Positions 62,024 to 64,000 of a stretch of 64,000 bases of DNA are shown piece by piece. Position numbers and translations under genes: made by a program. The notes under the pieces are model-generated. The model was not told the origin of the DNA and made no database searches. It worked only from the letters and a program-made list of their open reading frames with translations. How positions within the stretch are numbered: position 1 is the stretch's first letter; every line of letters begins with the position of its first letter. The stretch spans positions 64,001 to 128,000 of the forward strand of contig CAVTLK010000003.1 of assembly GCA_963735595.1 (NCBI GenBank), in the 5' to 3' direction. Source of the stretch: an uncultured delta proteobacterium. GTDB lineage: Bacteria; Desulfobacterota; Zymogenia; Zymogenales; Zymogenaceae.

Positions 62024-62672
62024 GGGTCTCGGAGATGACAAAGAGCACGCCCGCGCTTTCCATTGTCTTGAGGGACTCCTCCAGGTGCCCCGGCGGGGAG
62101 GCTACCGGCCGGGAGAGGTCGTAAATGACCACCGCTTCAAAGCCCATCGTTACAGCGTCTTTGGCGCTGTAGAACACGCAGTAATCCAGCGCCAACCCCG
62201 AAAGGAAAACCCGCCGAATCTTCTTGTTCCTCAGGTATCCCGAGAGCCCGGTCTCGGTGGTCATATCGTTTTCCATGAGCACGGAATAACTGTCGATATC
62301 GCGGTGGTAGCCCTTCCTGAGGATGAGCGTCGCCCGGTCGGAATCGAAATCCGGGTGGAGGCGGGCGCCGTGGGTTCCCTGGACACAGTGATCGGGCCAC
62401 AGGACGGGTCCCAGCCCGGGGGCATCGTACAGGTCATAGGGTTTCTTGCCGGGATGAGTGGCGGCAAACGACCGATGGTCTTTAGGGTGCCAATCCTGGG
62501 TTGCCACCACGGTCCTGAAGAGGGGGAGGCAGCGGTTGATCCCGGAAACGATCCGGTCCCCGTCGGAGACGGGGAGGTTTCCTCCGGGCATAAAATCGGG
62601 CTGAAGGTCGACGACGATGAGGGCATCATCGTGGCCTATGGTGATGTCTTTCGCAAAATGAATATCTCGCAT
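62004..62672 (-). CDS. pncA: nicotinamidase/pyrazinamidase
   Basis: VVDLQPDF.PGG.L.V, TQDWHP..H.SF, LWPDHCVQGT.GA, KG, GLALDYCV. Confidence 0.93.
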   Translation of the reverse strand: MRDIHFAKDITIGHDDALIVVDLQPDFMPGGNLPVSDGDRIVSGINRCLPLFRTVVATQDWHPKDHRSFAATHPGKKPYDLYDAPGLGPVLWPDHCVQGTHGARLHPDFDSDRATLILRKGYHRDIDSYSVLMENDMTTETGLSGYLRNKKIRRVFLSGLALDYCVFYSAKDAVTMGFEAVVIYDLSRPVASPPGHLEESLKTMESAGVLFVISETLKRAAP

Positions 62673-62805
62673 GGCGCCTCCTTGTGGCGTTACTATAGTG
62701 TATCCCATTTATTTGTGTCAAGGGAAATTGGAATTTCCTGCCGACGCGGCGGCCCGAGTAAATTGAGTATTGAAAGAGATAGAGTAGTTTGATAGAATAG
62801 TTGCG

Positions 62806-63642
62806 ATGATCAAGGATGTCGTCATAGAGCTGGTTCGGGGGCGCATCGTCTTTTCCTGCCCTCACTGCCTGGCGGGTGACGTCTTTTCGCCCGAGACCGT
62901 GGCCGGGACGTCCAGCGCCATAACCGCCGTCAAGTGCCCGCGCTGCAGTTATATGGTGAGCCTCAACAGGGCCAGGATCGAGGCGGCCGTCGCCGATATC
63001 ATTGCCGATGACCCGCAGGCGAAAAATCCCTTCGAGCAGACGAAGGCGGGGGAGCCCGCCGCCGGTGAACCCCAACCGCCCCCGCCCCCCGCAGAACCGG
63101 AGAATCCGCCGGCCCCGGCCGGCCCGGCCCTAAAAGTGCCGCCCGCGCACCGGCCCGCCGGCCCCCAACCCCCGGCCCCCGAGAAACTCCGTGCGGACTA
63201 CGTGATGCATCGGGTCCACGGTGAGAGGGGAACCCCGATGCCCTCGGCCGTGGGGCTCACGGACCTCATCCTCGTGGTGGATTTGGAGGACTCATTCCGG
63301 GACGATATCTGGATTACCTTTTCGGATATCGCACGCGTCGAGGGGTACCGCGGCGCGATGGGCGCAGCCCAATATATCAAGAAGCGCGCCGGCGAGATCA
63401 CCATCATGATGATGGATTTAGACCTGGGCGACGGGAGCTGCTTTTCGGTGCTGGATGCGTTGAGGGACGACGACAGGGCCGCCGCTATCCCCGCCATCAT
63501 TACCTATGTCGACAGAAACCAGCACGAGATCATCAAGAAGGGCCTGCGCAGCTACCCCCAGGTCAAGTTCTTTATCCAGAAAGAGGAATTCATCAAGAAG
63601 ATGATCGAGCTTTCAATCAAGATCGTCAAGCACGAGAGCTGA
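62806..63642 (+). CDS. Zn-ribbon + Pro-rich linker + atypical receiver (REC) domain protein
   Basis: CPHC...CPRC, PPPP linker, ILVVD...MMDLDL...IPAII..IQK. Confidence 0.75.
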   Translation: MIKDVVIELVRGRIVFSCPHCLAGDVFSPETVAGTSSAITAVKCPRCSYMVSLNRARIEAAVADIIADDPQAKNPFEQTKAGEPAAGEPQPPPPPAEPENPPAPAGPALKVPPAHRPAGPQPPAPEKLRADYVMHRVHGERGTPMPSAVGLTDLILVVDLEDSFRDDIWITFSDIARVEGYRGAMGAAQYIKKRAGEITIMMMDLDLGDGSCFSVLDALRDDDRAAAIPAIITYVDRNQHEIIKKGLRSYPQVKFFIQKEEFIKKMIELSIKIVKHES

Positions 63643-63821
63643 GGCGACCGCCGCTGTCTCCTGGCGCGGCCTCCTCACAGCGACTAATAGAACCTCTCTA
63701 TAATAAGCCGAAAAAAAGAAAATATATTTTTCACGCGCCCATTGTGTGGTATGATGCGCGCCATCGTACGTGTACCTATTTCTGATCACCAGGCTGATCT
63801 CCGGGTAATTGTGAAACGCCT

Positions 63822-64000
63822 ATGGCCTCCGACGTCGTCATTACCATCATCAACAGCGTGATCGTCTTCTCGTGTCCCGCCTGCATGAGAACCGGGGGAT
63901 TCCCCCTCGAGCTGATACGGGAGATGAAGGGAGAGACGATCAACTACCCCTGCGGCCACTGCGGCGCCGAGGCGGCCTTCGACTCCGCCCGGGTGGAGGG
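63822..64000 (+). CDS. Zn-ribbon protein paralogous to upstream gene, 3' truncated by window
   Basis: own translation MASDVVITIINSVIVFSCPACMETGG...YPCGHCGAEAAFDSARVE matches MIKDVVIELVRGRIVFSCPHC...CPRC...RARIE. Confidence 0.7.
   Translation, partial: MASDVVITIINSVIVFSCPACMRTGGFPLELIREMKGETINYPCGHCGAEAAFDSARVE

Overview
GC-rich chromosomal segment from a diderm bacterium, probably an anaerobe; the gene content looks Desulfobacterota/deltaproteobacterial, which is inference only. Recognisable housekeeping and metabolic genes are carbamate kinase, acyl-CoA dehydrogenase, a YfcC-type carrier, a complete acetone-carboxylase-like acxABC operon, yhaM, gltX-ispF-PIN/TRAM-carD, MotB/OmpA-like, MFS and PotD-like transport proteins, a 7TM-PAS hybrid kinase, tRNA-Gln(CTG), carAB, several phosphoesterases/hydrolases and pncA. 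The most striking feature is a ~9 kb tandem array (12.36-21.40 kb, minus strand) of eight paralogous secreted outer-membrane beta-barrel genes carrying nine barrel domains, because the promoter-proximal gene is a fused double barrel. The paralogues share near-invariant termini and strands but have four hypervariable, partly mosaic loops. Each gene has its own sigma70 promoter and terminator, a shared ATTAG-N6-YTAAT palindrome, and a conserved Cys/Pro-Ala C-terminal tail ending EPKLEPMSKN. A secreted five-repeat beta/gamma-crystallin protein is transcribed divergently from the array. Other accessory features are an AT-rich island (Fic/Doc toxin plus two paralogous multi-TM proteins with C-terminal HTH-like tails), two families of dispersed palindromic repeats (one beside a GIY-YIG remnant) and an AT-rich pentapeptide-repeat/TM gene. 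Many genes carry single-base frameshifts, probably assembly indels, so the pseudogene calls are provisional.
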